Source: Octopus vulgaris (taxonomy: Eukaryota). Taken from it: a stretch of DNA of 64,000 bases. Shown here in pieces: positions 1-13,126 of this stretch. The notes below the pieces were generated by a model, which was not told the origin of the DNA, did not search any database, and saw nothing but the letters and a program-made list of their open reading frames with translations. The translations under genes and the position numbers were made by a program. The stretch's first letter is position 1; every line of letters starts with the position of its first letter. Location: NCBI GenBank assembly GCA_951406725.2, contig OX597824.1, forward strand, positions 98,952,001 through 99,016,000, in the 5' to 3' direction.

Positions 1-1049
1 AAATTGATTTTGACTGATATTCAAAATAGTGGAATTGCCAAGAAAAATGTTTTGAATACAAAAATATAAATCATATAAACCAATTTATCAATGCCACACG
101 TTTAAATGGTGAAAGTTTCATAGAATAAAGTGATCAAATTACAAATATATTTAATGCTACAGATGATTGATGAATTTCAAAAATTTAGTAAAATTGAGGT
201 GAAGTAGAATTGCTGTTTATTAAAAACTGAAAGTATATTGTTAATTAAAAAATGTCATTAACAAAACAGTGGTGAATGATGAGTGATGGTGAGTAACAAA
301 AGGTGATGACGAGTGGTGAAGGCAAGTGATAGATGGTGACAGTGAGTGGTGATGGTGATTAATGAGAAGTGAATGAAAGATTAAGAATTAAACTTAGAAG
401 TGAGAGGTACCAAATTAGGCCCCGTAAACTATTGAAGCAACAAGTTGACCAATCGATAGCAACAGAATACAGTTTATAACCAAACCTGAATTCATACTAA
501 ATGTGTTCTCTGGTATTTTAGTTTCTTTTTTTTTTTTTTTACTTTGCAGAATTTAAGCCAGTCACAAACAAAAGGAAGCTGTTGGGCTTTAAGGATCTGC
601 GAACTGGATGGGGTGCATCTATGGATGTTCAGGTGTGTTTGTGTATATATATATATCTTCACCTGCCCGTTTTAACAATTACCTATTCCTTACCTACATT
701 CTTCAATGATATTTCCACTAAACTATTTCTCTTTATCTCATCCTCTACCTTCATTTAACTAAACTCCTCTTCCTCTCTTTTCAATTACTTTTCAACAAGT
801 CATTAATATAATTTAATAATTCCCTCAGCCTACTAATGCCTTTAACCACCCAGAGACCACTGCCACAAATACCGGTCAACAGGTCTCCTCTGCACAAACA
901 CAGTTCAGTGAGCAGATGATGACCCTTTCTGTTTGGCACCCGTTTTTCAATTCCTTTCATTTCGTTTAAAATTGATTTCAAATTTGGTGAATTGATGAGG
1001 TTTTGTATGTTAATTATGGAAGTGAAATTGCCAAAAATTTAATAAATAA

Positions 1050-1760
1050 AAAGTTAATAACCTTTAAATTTTGCAAACCTTGGGTAATTTTAGCCAATTG
1101 AAAGCCACAAACATACTGGTGCCTGTTTCCAAAGTAACAAGGCAAGGTATAGTTTGCTGTGAGAAGATTGTTGAGATAGACAAAAGCCTCTTCTCAAAAA
1201 CAAAAATCCAACTGAGAAAGAACGTTAGCTGAAAAGTTGGGTTTTCGAGGAGGTGTGCTGTGAGGCCAGACAGGTTTTCGAGGAGGTCTGCTGTGAGGCC
1301 AGACAGGTTTTCGAGGAGGTCTGCTGTGAGGCCAGACAGGTTTTCAAGGAGGTGTGCTGTGAGGCCAAACAGGTATTCGAGGAGGTGTGCTGTGAGGCCA
1401 GACAGGTTTTCTGTTATGCGGTGCTATGTCAGAATCATTACAACATACTGGAAGAAAGCCTATGTCAGGTGATTCTTTCAGGAACTACAATTTCCAGTGG
1501 CTTGGAGAGAGTCTACTCTCAAATTCCTGAAATTGATGGTTATAATTAGTGAACCACAGCATTAAGTTTATTAACTCGATAGACGGTACCCACATGCAAC
1601 AAGTGGAAAGCACATGGGCCTCTGTAAACAATGCTGTGGTACCCACCGTTCTATGGTTAACTCATATCTCTGTGAGTGTGTGTGGTATAGGAGATATGAA
1701 GATTGTAATTTGATAGACAAACTCCTAGAGTGCATTGCAAACTTGTTTTTTGTTATAGAC
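1050..1760 (+). mobile_element. degenerate Merlin (IS1595/ISXO2-like) DNA transposon transposase remnant
   Basis: Frame-shifted motifs IVEIDKSLFSK..WVFEEVCCEARQVF..ILSGTTISS..VNHSIKFINSIDGTHMQQVESTW..CGTHRSMVNSYLCECVWYRR match the DDE_Tnp_IS1595 pattern (VEIDES..WVFGG..GTTI.SD..VNHS..HTQ.VES.W..SYL.EF.WR). Confidence 0.85.
1240..1411 (+). repeat. 33-bp tandem repeat x5 inside Merlin transposase
   Basis: unit ggttttcgaggaggtgtgctgtgaggccagaca, in-frame repeat of (CCEARQVFEEV). Confidence 0.95.
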
Positions 1761-2074
1761 AGCTATCATGCAGAAAATTCCAGCTTCCAAATCCTGTATT
1801 CTGATCAGATAAAAATAATGAAACTTTAAACCTCTGAAACATTTTTCTAAAATTTTTCTGGGACAACTGAATAACAACAGATTCAGCATGAAAAATTACA
1901 TAATATACCAAATTTGAAAATTTTCACTTGATTTTAAAATTTCAAAAAGTGTGAACCAAACACAAAAGATCCCAGTGAGCAGCCATAGCTGCTCTACTCT
2001 CTGATGAACTTCCCAGGAATACAACAGTACTAGTCCTATAACAGTCACATATTATTCAGCATATATATAATAGA

Positions 2075-2272
2075 TGAGGCAGCAAACTGACAGAATTGTT
2101 ACTGTGTCAGGCAAAATGCTTAGCAGCATTTCATCTGAGTCCAAATTCTGTTGAGGTTGATTTTGCTTATCATCCTTTTGGGGTTGATGAAAAAAATAAG
2201 TATCGGTTGCTCATTGGAGTTGATGCAATCAACTATTTTCTGCCCGTGTGCCAAAATTTGAAAACAATATGT
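2075..2272 (+). mobile_element. SINE family A (core gaggtcgactttgcctttcatcctttcggggtcgataaa; Nin-domain-like), degenerate copy
   Basis: Same core recurs at about 7810-7930(-), 16640-16770(-), 21700-21900(-), 23030-23200(+), 30650-30970(-), 31720-31880(-), 61180-61270(-). Confidence 0.75.
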
Positions 2273-3189
2273 ATATGAGAGATAGTAGAACCTGGAGGAC
2301 TTTCCACTGCAGTTTGCTGTGGAGAAAAATTCTCACAAAATTATTAGAACTCCATAGTCAGCTCAGGGCATTTTCTATTGGACTGATGGATGCATTTTCA
2401 ACTTGTTAATCATCTTCAGTTCCAGATACCAAGGGAGGTAATTCTGAGCTGATTGGAAAGCTTTGCTTCTTTTGTATGAGTAGATGCAAAAAGCAGTGAT
2501 GGAAAATAAACAAACCTCATGACCAGTTCAAATATGTTTCAGGTATGTTTGAACCTGAAAAGGCTTTTCACTGCAGTTTGCTATGGAGAAAAAAATTTCT
2601 TGCTTGAAAGAAAAACTATGTTAGGAACACAATAGCCCAAAGTTTGTATATTTTCTGAGACTGCTTCACATGCCCCCCCCCCCCACCCAACATGTGCACT
2701 CAATAACCATATTCTGCAACATGTTTATGTAATTTAGTAAAAAGAAACGCAAAGTGACAAGAATTCCATACTTAGAGAGACCAGCAGTTGTTTTAAGACA
2801 ACACTGCTGTTGCCACCACCATCACCACTACCACACTATCATTACTACTACTACTACTACTGCTACTACTACTGCTGCTGCTGCTGCAACTATTACCACC
2901 ATGACCATTACTCATCATCATCAACATTACCACCACCATTTGATATACTGGGTGCTAAGTGTGCTGTTTCTGTCTATTTCATTACCACCACCCCAACCCC
3001 CACCTCATATGTTAAAGAAAAAACTCAGTGAAAAGGTATTAAAAAACAAAAAACAAAAAAAACACAGCAAAAAAAAGACGTGTGCGTGTGTGTATGTACA
3101 CACACACACACACACCACACATACACACAAAGGAGGATTGTGAGAGAATTGTGTAGAGGAACATCTAAGATAAAGATCTCATTACGAAC

Positions 3190-3210
3190 CTGCTGCTTCA
3201 CATGAGCTGG
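3190..3210 (-). CDS. NCKAP1: candidate 21-nt alternative microexon of NCKAP1 (PAHVKQQ)
   Basis: ttctttcttcccccattcacag | CCAGCTCATGTGAAGCAGCAG | gttcgt; phase 0/0 matches end of exon 28. Confidence 0.35.
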
Positions 3211-3424
3211 CTGTGAATGGGGGAAGAAAGAATTAGAGATTAGTATTGAATAAGGGGCCACAATACAATAGGGAGAGGGGGGGAAGGTTGCAGGCATAGA
3301 AAATGTTATTTGAGTGGGAATCCGAAAAAAAGAATACCATCCTTATATACACACACACATGTATGTATATATGTATACATATGTATATGTGTGTGTATAT
3401 ATATATATATATACATACAAATAA

Positions 3425-3457
<33 letters not shown>

Positions 3458-3485
3458 GTATATATATACACATACAAATAATAAA

Positions 3486-3531
<46 letters not shown>

Positions 3532-3759
3532 CATATATATACATACACACACACACAAATAATAAATTTTCATTAAATGTTATATCTCCATTTTCTTACT
3601 TTCTTGTGAATGATTATAAACCGTGGTTTATAAATAAACTTATTGTTTTATGAATATCATTATTCACAACAAATGTTAGGTATTAAACCAGTAATTCATT
3701 GGAGGACACCATCCCTTAATGAGGCTAATTCAACCTCTAACTGAATTTACATATATATA

Positions 3760-3822
<63 letters not shown>

Positions 3823-4144
3823 ATGTGTGTGTGTTTGTGTATATATTTTTGTATGTATATATGTGTTTATATATATGTATATATATATATGGTTCAAAAT
3901 TGTATGAAAAACAAAGCAAAAAAAAAAACAAAAAGAAAAAGGCAGGTGAGGGAACAACAAACAAAGTGTATTAGTTTGACACTCAGGAATAATGGAAGAG
4001 TTTTTGACATTTTGAGCCTATGCTCTTCTCCAGAAAGGAATGAGAAAATGGATGGAGAGAGGGAGAGGAACAGAGAGATTAATGGCGGCATATGTTGAAT
4101 TGACCAGAAGGCAGGAAATACACACACACAGATATGTGTGTGTA

Positions 4145-4287
<143 letters not shown>

Positions 4288-5971
4288 GTATGTGTGTATA
4301 TATATACATATATATACAGAGAGAGAGAGAGAGAGAATACAAAAAAAACACTTCACATAAACAATTTTAGCAGTGATCTTCAGTAAAAACATACACTTGA
4401 AAGTAAGTAAACATGTAGCAAAGATGGTTTGAAGAAACAGCTGACTGTGGCCGTAGAATATGAAGAGGATAAATGGCTAATAAAATATTGTGTAAGACTG
4501 TTGTGAAGAAAGAGACAGAACTGAATGGGATGAAAATTACAATTGTTATTCATACCTGGCAAGGACCCTGCTATTTCAGTGCCAAACACATGGAAATGGT
4601 AATCAGGAATCAATATGATTCATCGGAAAAAAACCAATGTCCTGTCTGAATCAAGGAAAATCTCTAACGAAGAAACTCAGGTAATTCAATGTAGTTGTTG
4701 CAGGGATCAAGTAAAGACAGAGGTAGGTGTTGTTGTTGAGTGTCTCCAGGTATTTAGGAGGAGACCAAAGACACAGGGAGAGAAGATCAATCCCTCAAGT
4801 GTGTTTCTTGTAGGTTCTATCCAGGACAATCCAGCACATTTTGACATGTGGTGGTCAGTTAATGTTGTTGTTTAGCTTCAAGACAACCTTGATCAAGAAG
4901 ACTTATCATCAAGCATTTAAGATGCAAGGCTATTTCGTTGCTATTTCTAGCAGGTCTACCAATTGTGCAGAGGCTCCCTCATTGACTTGTGACTGTGTGT
5001 TGTGTAGGGTAAGAGTGTTGGCCTGGGGCTACAGAAAATAGGGACAAACAGCCAGTCGGGTGACATTACCATCATTTAATGGTTGCTTTCCATACTGGCA
5101 TCGGCTGGAATATTCGATAGCAGCTGGCAAGGCTGGAGAGCTCTACCAGGTTCCAGTTGTCTGCTTTGGCATGGTTTCTATGGCTGGATGCCTTCCTAAT
5201 GTCAACCATTTCACAGCCTGGGCTTCATGCTTTTTTACATGGCAGCAGGTGCTTCACACGTGGCACCAGCATCCAATGATGAAGTAACCAAACAGCTGGA
5301 GATGCTGGAGGGGAAACTGTTCATGTAAAGAGATTGTTAAGAGCCATCAAGAAACCAGAATAGCTGAAATGAACAATCGACCTGGCAGCGATTTGAGTGT
5401 GACTATTTGTTGTGTAGTTAATGTGGACTGGGGGCAGGGAGAGGTATAGATTCTCATATTGTGTAGTGGAATGGCTAAGTGGCCATGCTACAGCAGTAGA
5501 TAAAAGGCATTGGGTAGACTGTAGGTATAAATTGAAGACCACATAGTTGGGGGGAAGTGGGGGTGAAAGATCTCAACTTAACGACCATTTGATGTGCTGT
5601 CATTGTCATCTGAATTCTCTTTGTTAATCAATTTAATTTTCTATCATTGTTAATTAATGCAACAAAAGAAGATCGAACCAATAGAAAATGATTGTCTTTC
5701 AATAGGAATCGAAGGTGAGAAAGCTGCTCAGCACAGAGCACAGCACAAAGTATGAGAAATAAAGACAACTATTCTGCCGAAGCTATGGAATACACCAACC
5801 ATGTTAGTTATTTTTTTGTGTTAAATAGAAGGGAACCCATTTCCCCAACATATCTCACAGCTGACTTTAAATCTTATAGAAAATCTGTAAAATATTTTAA
5901 AAAGTGATATTTAATATTACGTGTAAAGGGGGAAAAGTCTAAATATTATGTGTATACATACAGTATACATT

Positions 5972-5996
<25 letters not shown>

Positions 5997-6002
<6 letters not shown>

Positions 6003-6219
6003 CAAAATGAGACAAGAACGCAAAACATCCAAATAAATGATACAAAAAACACGGATGGGTCATTCGAAGCCTTTAATCTTCAGTCAAGAACCGGATCATC
6101 ATCGCAATTTCGGCTTGCGAGGATGATCCGGTTCTTGACTGAAGCTTAAAGGCTTCGAATGACCCGTCCGTGTTTGTTGTATCATGTATTTGGCTGTTTT
6201 GCGTTCTTGTCTCATTTTG

Positions 6220-6225
<6 letters not shown>
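5997..6225. mobile_element. near-perfect foldback element (about 111-bp arms, 7-nt loop) embedded in (TA)n
   Basis: aaaatacaaaatgagacaagaacgc...tcgcaa tttcggc ttgcga...gcgttcttgtctcattttgtatttt. Confidence 0.9.
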
Positions 6226-6259
<34 letters not shown>

Positions 6260-6277
6260 CGGCGTACGTACACTTTG

Positions 6278-6359
<82 letters not shown>

Positions 6360-6361
<2 letters not shown>

Positions 6362-6600
6362 GAGTAGAAAATGTACTGAGAGCTTTTTAGACGATTTATT
6401 TTTAAAGGCTTCAAAAGGAAGACAGACAGTTACGGCAGAGCCCTCCCCCCACTTTCTATTTCACTTAACTATTGAAAATCAGAAAAATCTGTTTAAACTG
6501 ATCAAACTTTTAAAAATAAATCGTCTAAAGAACTCCCAGTCCATTTTCAACTTCTTTTTGCTATTTTTCTACCTGTGTGGAATAAAATAAATTTCTTTCC
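6360..6600. mobile_element. short inverted-repeat element in (TA)n
   Basis: gaaaatgtactgagagctttttagacgatttatttttaaa pairs with tttaaaaataaatcgtctaaagaactcccagtccattttc. Confidence 0.7.
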
Positions 6601-6783
6601 AGTATATATATATATATATATATATAATGTGGTTTTAGAGTCAAGTTTTGGCTGCTATTTCAAGTGTGGTGGTATCTCTTAGATACCCTAAATATTATAA
6701 TTTTAATAATAATTATTACCTTTGAAGGTTTTTATTCCCATGCTGGCCACTTGATAAGTTTGATATTTAAATAACAATCTTAT

Positions 6784-6819
<36 letters not shown>

Positions 6820-7000
6820 TCATCATATATATATATATGAATAGAGAGAGAGAGAGAGAGAAAGAGAGAGAATGTTGGGAAGAGGGGAAAGGTGTGAGGG
6901 GTGTGTTGAGAGTGAAAGCAAGAGGGAGGGAGTTTGAAAACAACATCAACCAGGTTTAAATGACTTTGTTAAAACGGAAGCAAAAAATTTCAAGAATTAC

Positions 7001-7081
7001 CATATTGTCTTTGGTGGCAGGAACATGTTGCTGTAGATCTCGGATTGAACCCATCAAAAATGGAATACGTTCATCAAGGAC
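7001..7081 (-). CDS. NCKAP1: NCKAP1 exon 28 (81 nt)
   Basis: [27 protein letters not shown]; ctgcag/gtaat. Confidence 0.94.
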
Positions 7082-10000
7082 CTGCAGAATAAAAGGGGTC
7101 AGTTGTGATAGGAGCACAGACATACACACTACTCTTGTAATTTAATTGAAGGACCTTGTTTACTGTTTTTTGTTTTTCCTTTTCATTTTAGAAACATTTA
7201 AACAACCATATTAACATTTAGAAGGTGACTAACATTTTGGTGGCCATATAGCTGACATAATATATCAATGCAGGTCAACATTGTAAAAAGCTCAATGTTT
7301 TCACCCATCAGGTAGACGGAGGGCACTGAGTGAGGCAATAGAAGAAACTGTTCAAAAGCAGGGCTTTAACATCCTCTTTCCATGCCAGCATGGATTGGAT
7401 GAGTTCACATTGGAGCAGAGCTTCTTCAGCATTCTGCTTTCCTGACACTAATCCTTACCTGCTTCCAAGCAAGGTAATACTCCCTGAGTCTGTTAAAGAG
7501 TAGCTTAGACATGGCTACTTGAAGAACTGAAAGCAAAATGACACCATTTTAATGAGCTTTTTGTTTATGGTCAGCAAACACACATGAAGACAAGGGGGAA
7601 TACAAACTCCCATAAACACATATCATGGGATTCTTCAGTTCCTGTCTGTCAATTTCACTTGCAAAGTATTGGTAAAGCTGAGGCTATTGTGTAAAATGTC
7701 AGCTGATAACATCCACAAAGTGGGATTGAAACCTCTAACTTGGAGCTTCCAAAGCAAACCTCCAAACCATTCAGCCATACCAATAAGTTCTAACAAGGGT
7801 AAAACCCAGCAATTTGGGGAGAGGGAATACTTTGAGCCACCAGTACAACTTTTAGTTTATTGACCTATTGACCCTACAAAGATGAGAAATAAATTTGACT
7901 CCAACAGGATTTGAACTCAGAATGTAAAGGAAGATACTAATAATAAGAGTACTTACATCTTGTAATGCCTCCTGACACAAAGTATGAAAGGACAACAGGA
8001 CACCAACAATTGTCATACGCAAGAGGACACTGTCGACATCTGCAACAAAAATATCAGACAAACTGTAGGGCCAAGGTGACCTTGGACAACTGAGTAACTG
8101 ATTCAGTTTGGGAATATTTGAGGAAATGTAAACCATTTTGATAGCGAATCACCTGAGCCTGGCCCCTTGGTTCTATGATAAAAACATCATGTCTAACCCT
8201 TTTGCATTCAGGCTTCTCTGTCAAATATGATCCTTATTTAGTCACATTAATTCTAATTAATCATGGATTATCTCAAAGCTTTGAGATTTTAATGGCGTGA
8301 TTGTTTATTTTTAGAATAATATTGTGGGGTAAGCGTGAGAGGCTGGATCTGACCAATTTGAGGATAAAATGGATGGAATATTTCAGCCAAATATGGCTAA
8401 AGGGTTAAAGTAATCTAAATTAAAACCTTGCCATCAAAATTTCCTGTTAATTTCTCTTCCAAACATCAGTTTAATAATGACAAAGTTATTTTACTATACT
8501 CGTTGTTATTTTAAAAATTAATTAAAACCAAGACAACGGAATTTCAACTGAAATATGCTAACAAAAGGGTTAAGGGATATTACACAGAAATATAGAAGGA
8601 AATGTAGAGAATTAATCAGAGAGACAACAATGTGTGTGTGTGTGAGAGAGAGAGAGAAATAGTAAATCTGCATAGAAGTGTGTGAGACTACAGGTAAGGA
8701 TAATTGTGTGTCTGGTCAGTCATCTGTGAGCACACAAACACTTATTGTACAGGACAACCCAATTATAAACCTACAGAGCATATTAACATCCTGGCTATAC
8801 AGATATTAGGCTACATGTGAAACATGTTGGTTTAGCTTACACTTCAAATATGGTAAACCTGTTTACTGTAGACATTTAATCATCAGTGAAGCTGTGTTAA
8901 GCCTGAGGTAAGTTTTCTTCTTCTTGTCTTGAGACAGCATTCACCCGGGGTGGGTTGAGCTGACTGCATTCATCCTCAATGCTGCATCTCTCACAAACGC
9001 TGACCAGACCTGGTGACCTTCAAACATTCCTGAGGTAAGCCTGTGAGCAAATCCTAATATTGTGGACTGTGGCATCCAGCTTGAAACCAGTAGGGGACTT
9101 GTTGCAGTTTTGAGGTGTTCCTTTGAACAACCTGACAAAACTCCACCACACAGAAGCAGCTTTTTTACTCAGTCAAGTTATTGCAGTTGTTAAGCGTATA
9201 TCTACAACGACAACAGCAACAACAACAACATAACCAATCTAAACTTAATCCATCCGTTACTAGTTCAAACTTTATCTTCATACTGTGGGATGCTGTCAAT
9301 CAGTCACTGAGTCTAAGGCCGACTCACAATAGTTGCAATAATCACATCAATCACAGCAGTCACAGACACATTCAGCAATATTCAAATTTAGTCACTGAGT
9401 TACTTTAAGCTAAAACAATGTTTTTCATTATACCAAAGATCCACGAGGCAAGTATTTACCTCCAGTTTCTGAAGAATTAAATGCAAGGGAGACAAACTTC
9501 CTCCCAAATTGGATGTTTATTGTTGATTCAGGAATTAAACTTGGAGAGGCTAATCCATGAACTACATGTGAGGAGTTATACCAAGCTGGAGTGAATTTAA
9601 TCCTGACCAGTCAAGTATCCTGGCCACTACTGTTACAATATAAACCCACTGACCTCTGGTACTCGAGAGTACCCTAGAAATTCTTTGATCTATTTAACAG
9701 TTGGATCAGTTGGGAAATTCCGACCTGCTGCTGTCAGTGACAGGTGGCACAGAGAAAGACCAGAGACTGTGAAGTGTACAGTAGTGACTTTAGGTATTCA
9801 AAGATGGAGACAGGTATGACATTGAGTCTGTAGGAGCAGGTGATAATTAATTAGAAACAAACAACAATAAAGGAAATAATTTTGCTAAATCTAATCAAAA
9901 TATTTCTTGTTATATTATGCAAATTAATATTTCTATATTGTTACAAATAGGTTGATTAATCAGCAAATATTAGCAGACAGGTGTGGAATCTATATTAGTA

Positions 10001-10826
10001 TCAGACTGTTTAATCCTACCCCCCACACACACAAACACCACCACCATAAATGTACGAAGGTTTTATATTCAAATAACTGCGTTTGAAAAATGGTAAACAA
10101 TTCATTTAATAACAAGATTAAATAAAGAAAGGTAAAATCAAAACTGTAAAATGATAAAAACAATAATTTTGATAAATAAAGATTTTTTGTTTTAAACAAC
10201 AAACATAAATAAGAAGATAAATGTTGAAGGATTTTGCTTCAAACAGATGGAAATGTTTGAAACGGCTTCACTGAAGAATAACAGAATCATTTTGAAATAT
10301 TTTACTATGGAAACTTTGAAGAGAATAAAACATAATAAAACAACATTAATTAAACAGCAATAATTAAAATAGGGGGGAAGGTGATAGAGAACAGATGGCA
10401 TCTGAAGAGGATGGATGGAAGATACTATGGGAAAGGAAGAGAGAGGAAGCCTGGGAAACTGAGAAAAAAAAGAAAAAGAGAGGAATAAAGAGGAATAGTT
10501 TAACATATCTGTGTTTATTTACAACATAAACATTAAGACAACATGGAATATAAGCAGTGTAGAGTATGGACATGCCTTGAGACTAAAGCAAACGGAAAGA
10601 AGAAGACACAAGTAGAGACAACAATGAGTAAGAGATACACAAGAGATATAATAAAAGGAAAAAAGTGGGTGAGAAATAAGGGAAATAGAGATTATATAGA
10701 TATTTCATTTATATATTTGTTTTACAAGATTCTTGATGTGAAACCGTGTGTTGAAACAGATGTTGTTGCATTTGGGAATGGTCATGTTGCCAGTTGGCTA
10801 AACTGGCAACATGACCATTCCCAAAT

Positions 10827-10885
<59 letters not shown>

Positions 10886-10977
10886 ATATACACACAGGGG
10901 AGAATTCACAAAAAAACAAAAACAAAAGACGAAGACAGGTGGTGTAGACAACAGGTACATATATATACACATATATA

Positions 10978-11015
<38 letters not shown>

Positions 11016-11211
11016 TACATATATATACATATACACATATACATTTATACATATATATGCATACATATATATACATATACACATATACATTTATACATAT
11101 ATATATATATGCATACATATATATACATATACACATATACATTTATACACATATCTATATACATATCTATATACATATACACATATATATATATATACAC
11201 ACACATATATA

Positions 11212-11257
<46 letters not shown>

Positions 11258-11511
11258 CACACACACAGATATATATGCATATATATATATATACATATAT
11301 ATACAAGATAAGAAAATGGAGAAATACATCTAAATCAAATATCAATACTAGCAGTATATTGGATATATGTTATCCCATGGAGGGTTGCATTTACAACCCC
11401 TATCTCAATTTGTATACATATATATATATCCATATATACATATATCCAAATATACATATATCCATATATATATACATATATCCATATATATATAAATATA
11501 TATATATATAC

Positions 11512-11547
<36 letters not shown>

Positions 11548-13091
11548 AAAAGGCTGTACAATATGAATAAAATATATGTTCTCTTTACAATAACACAAGA
11601 TATTTAAATAGTTCATGATAAAAACATGTGTGTTTATGAATTTACTTTATATTGTCACTGTTGAACAATAGAGTTCCTACTCTATCAATCACTGTATTTC
11701 TTACAGGGAGATTGACAAACAAGTGGCTAGCACAATGCAGAACAAATATCTTAAGGGACTTTGTTCAAAAATCACTGATTGACTATATATATATTTACTG
11801 AGTCTCTGCACAATTTCTGCTTATCAAATTCCACCTGCAAAGTATTGGCCAAATTTAGGTTGGGTTGAAAGACTTGCCCAAACTACTGTACAGTGGGACT
11901 GAAAACATGGTTTGAAGAGGGATGGTGGGTGTAATGTAGTAAACTTCCATTACTGTGGGAAAATTTTAAAGAGAATTGGTAAGCAGCTTGATAACATTAT
12001 GGACATTAATGATGCTTCCATCTATATAATTTAAACCACTATTTTTGGAATTGACGAATTCTAATTGGAGGTGGTAAATCGTTAAGAGAACTGAGTTGAA
12101 ATGAACTCAATGCCTCTCAAGATGTCTGCATAAAAAGTTCTGAAATTCTATCAGAGCCACTGTTGAAGGGGAATTTCATTGAAGTTGTATCATGGATGTG
12201 GAACCAAAATGCTGATATTTGAAAAAATAAACTTGAAATGACTATAACAGACTTTTAAAATAGATTTTTCCATGCTGTCTTTGTACAGCCTCAGATTAAG
12301 TCACTCGCAACTCTAATGTTTTTGCAAAAACCAGACTTAGACAAACCATTTATTTGTTGTTTTTTTGTTTTTTCAACTGCAAAAAGATAATCAATTAAAA
12401 TATTTCAAGTAATTGGTACACAAGATGGGTTAGAACCATTAAGAAGCTTTACACCAACTCATTAAGTAACCAGCACCAGATTAATCTAATTAAGAAATAC
12501 TTTACATTTTATTTCAGCTAATTAATTAGTTATTGGAGAATTCTAAGTTAATTGCAAAAGATTATTAAAAAACAGGTTTTTAAAATCTATTTTTACCGTA
12601 AAATGTTTGAGAATGTTGAAGTAAAGTTATCATCTAAGATACCTGGTTAGACGGTAGCAGAGAGACAGGCTGATGGTTTGTTAATGGCAGAAGCAACTAG
12701 AAGAAAGAATTTCAGATGGAATATGAAGAGAAAGATAACCACATTGAATGTGAAGACATACAGGAACTATTTGTCAACTATTTTCTCATAGTCTAGGAAC
12801 CAGCTACGGAAGCATTGATGCTGATGAAAAAATTAAATCTGTATTATAATAGAATGCTTTATAGACTGGAGGGGGGGTGCTTCTTGACCACTCTGTAATG
12901 AAGAGTTATGCAGGACAAGGGGGAAATGGTTAAGTGAATTAGATTCTTGAGGTAAAATTCTTGAAAGGCTAACTTTATAAATCTTTAGTTAAATATATTC
13001 AATGAGAATATTGTATTCTAAATTTATATTGAGTGCTCAATTGTATCAAAGCATTAATACTATTAAGGTATTTATACATTGAATACGAGCG

Positions 13092-13126
<35 letters not shown>

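Noticed and set aside
1240-1411. Regularly spaced repeats (also 25861-26042 and 57987-58190) resembling CRISPR
   Set aside because: Head-to-tail tandem units with no unique spacers, in a eukaryotic context with no cas genes.
4790-4850. MSKCAGLSWIEP resembling NCKAP1 ELSSAAGLPCEIDP (next expected exon)
   Set aside because: No suitable acceptor upstream and similarity does not extend; the true exon probably lies left of the window.
12643-12696. 54-nt AG..GT exon-like segment in the long intron
   Set aside because: Contains TAA in the required phase-1 frame.
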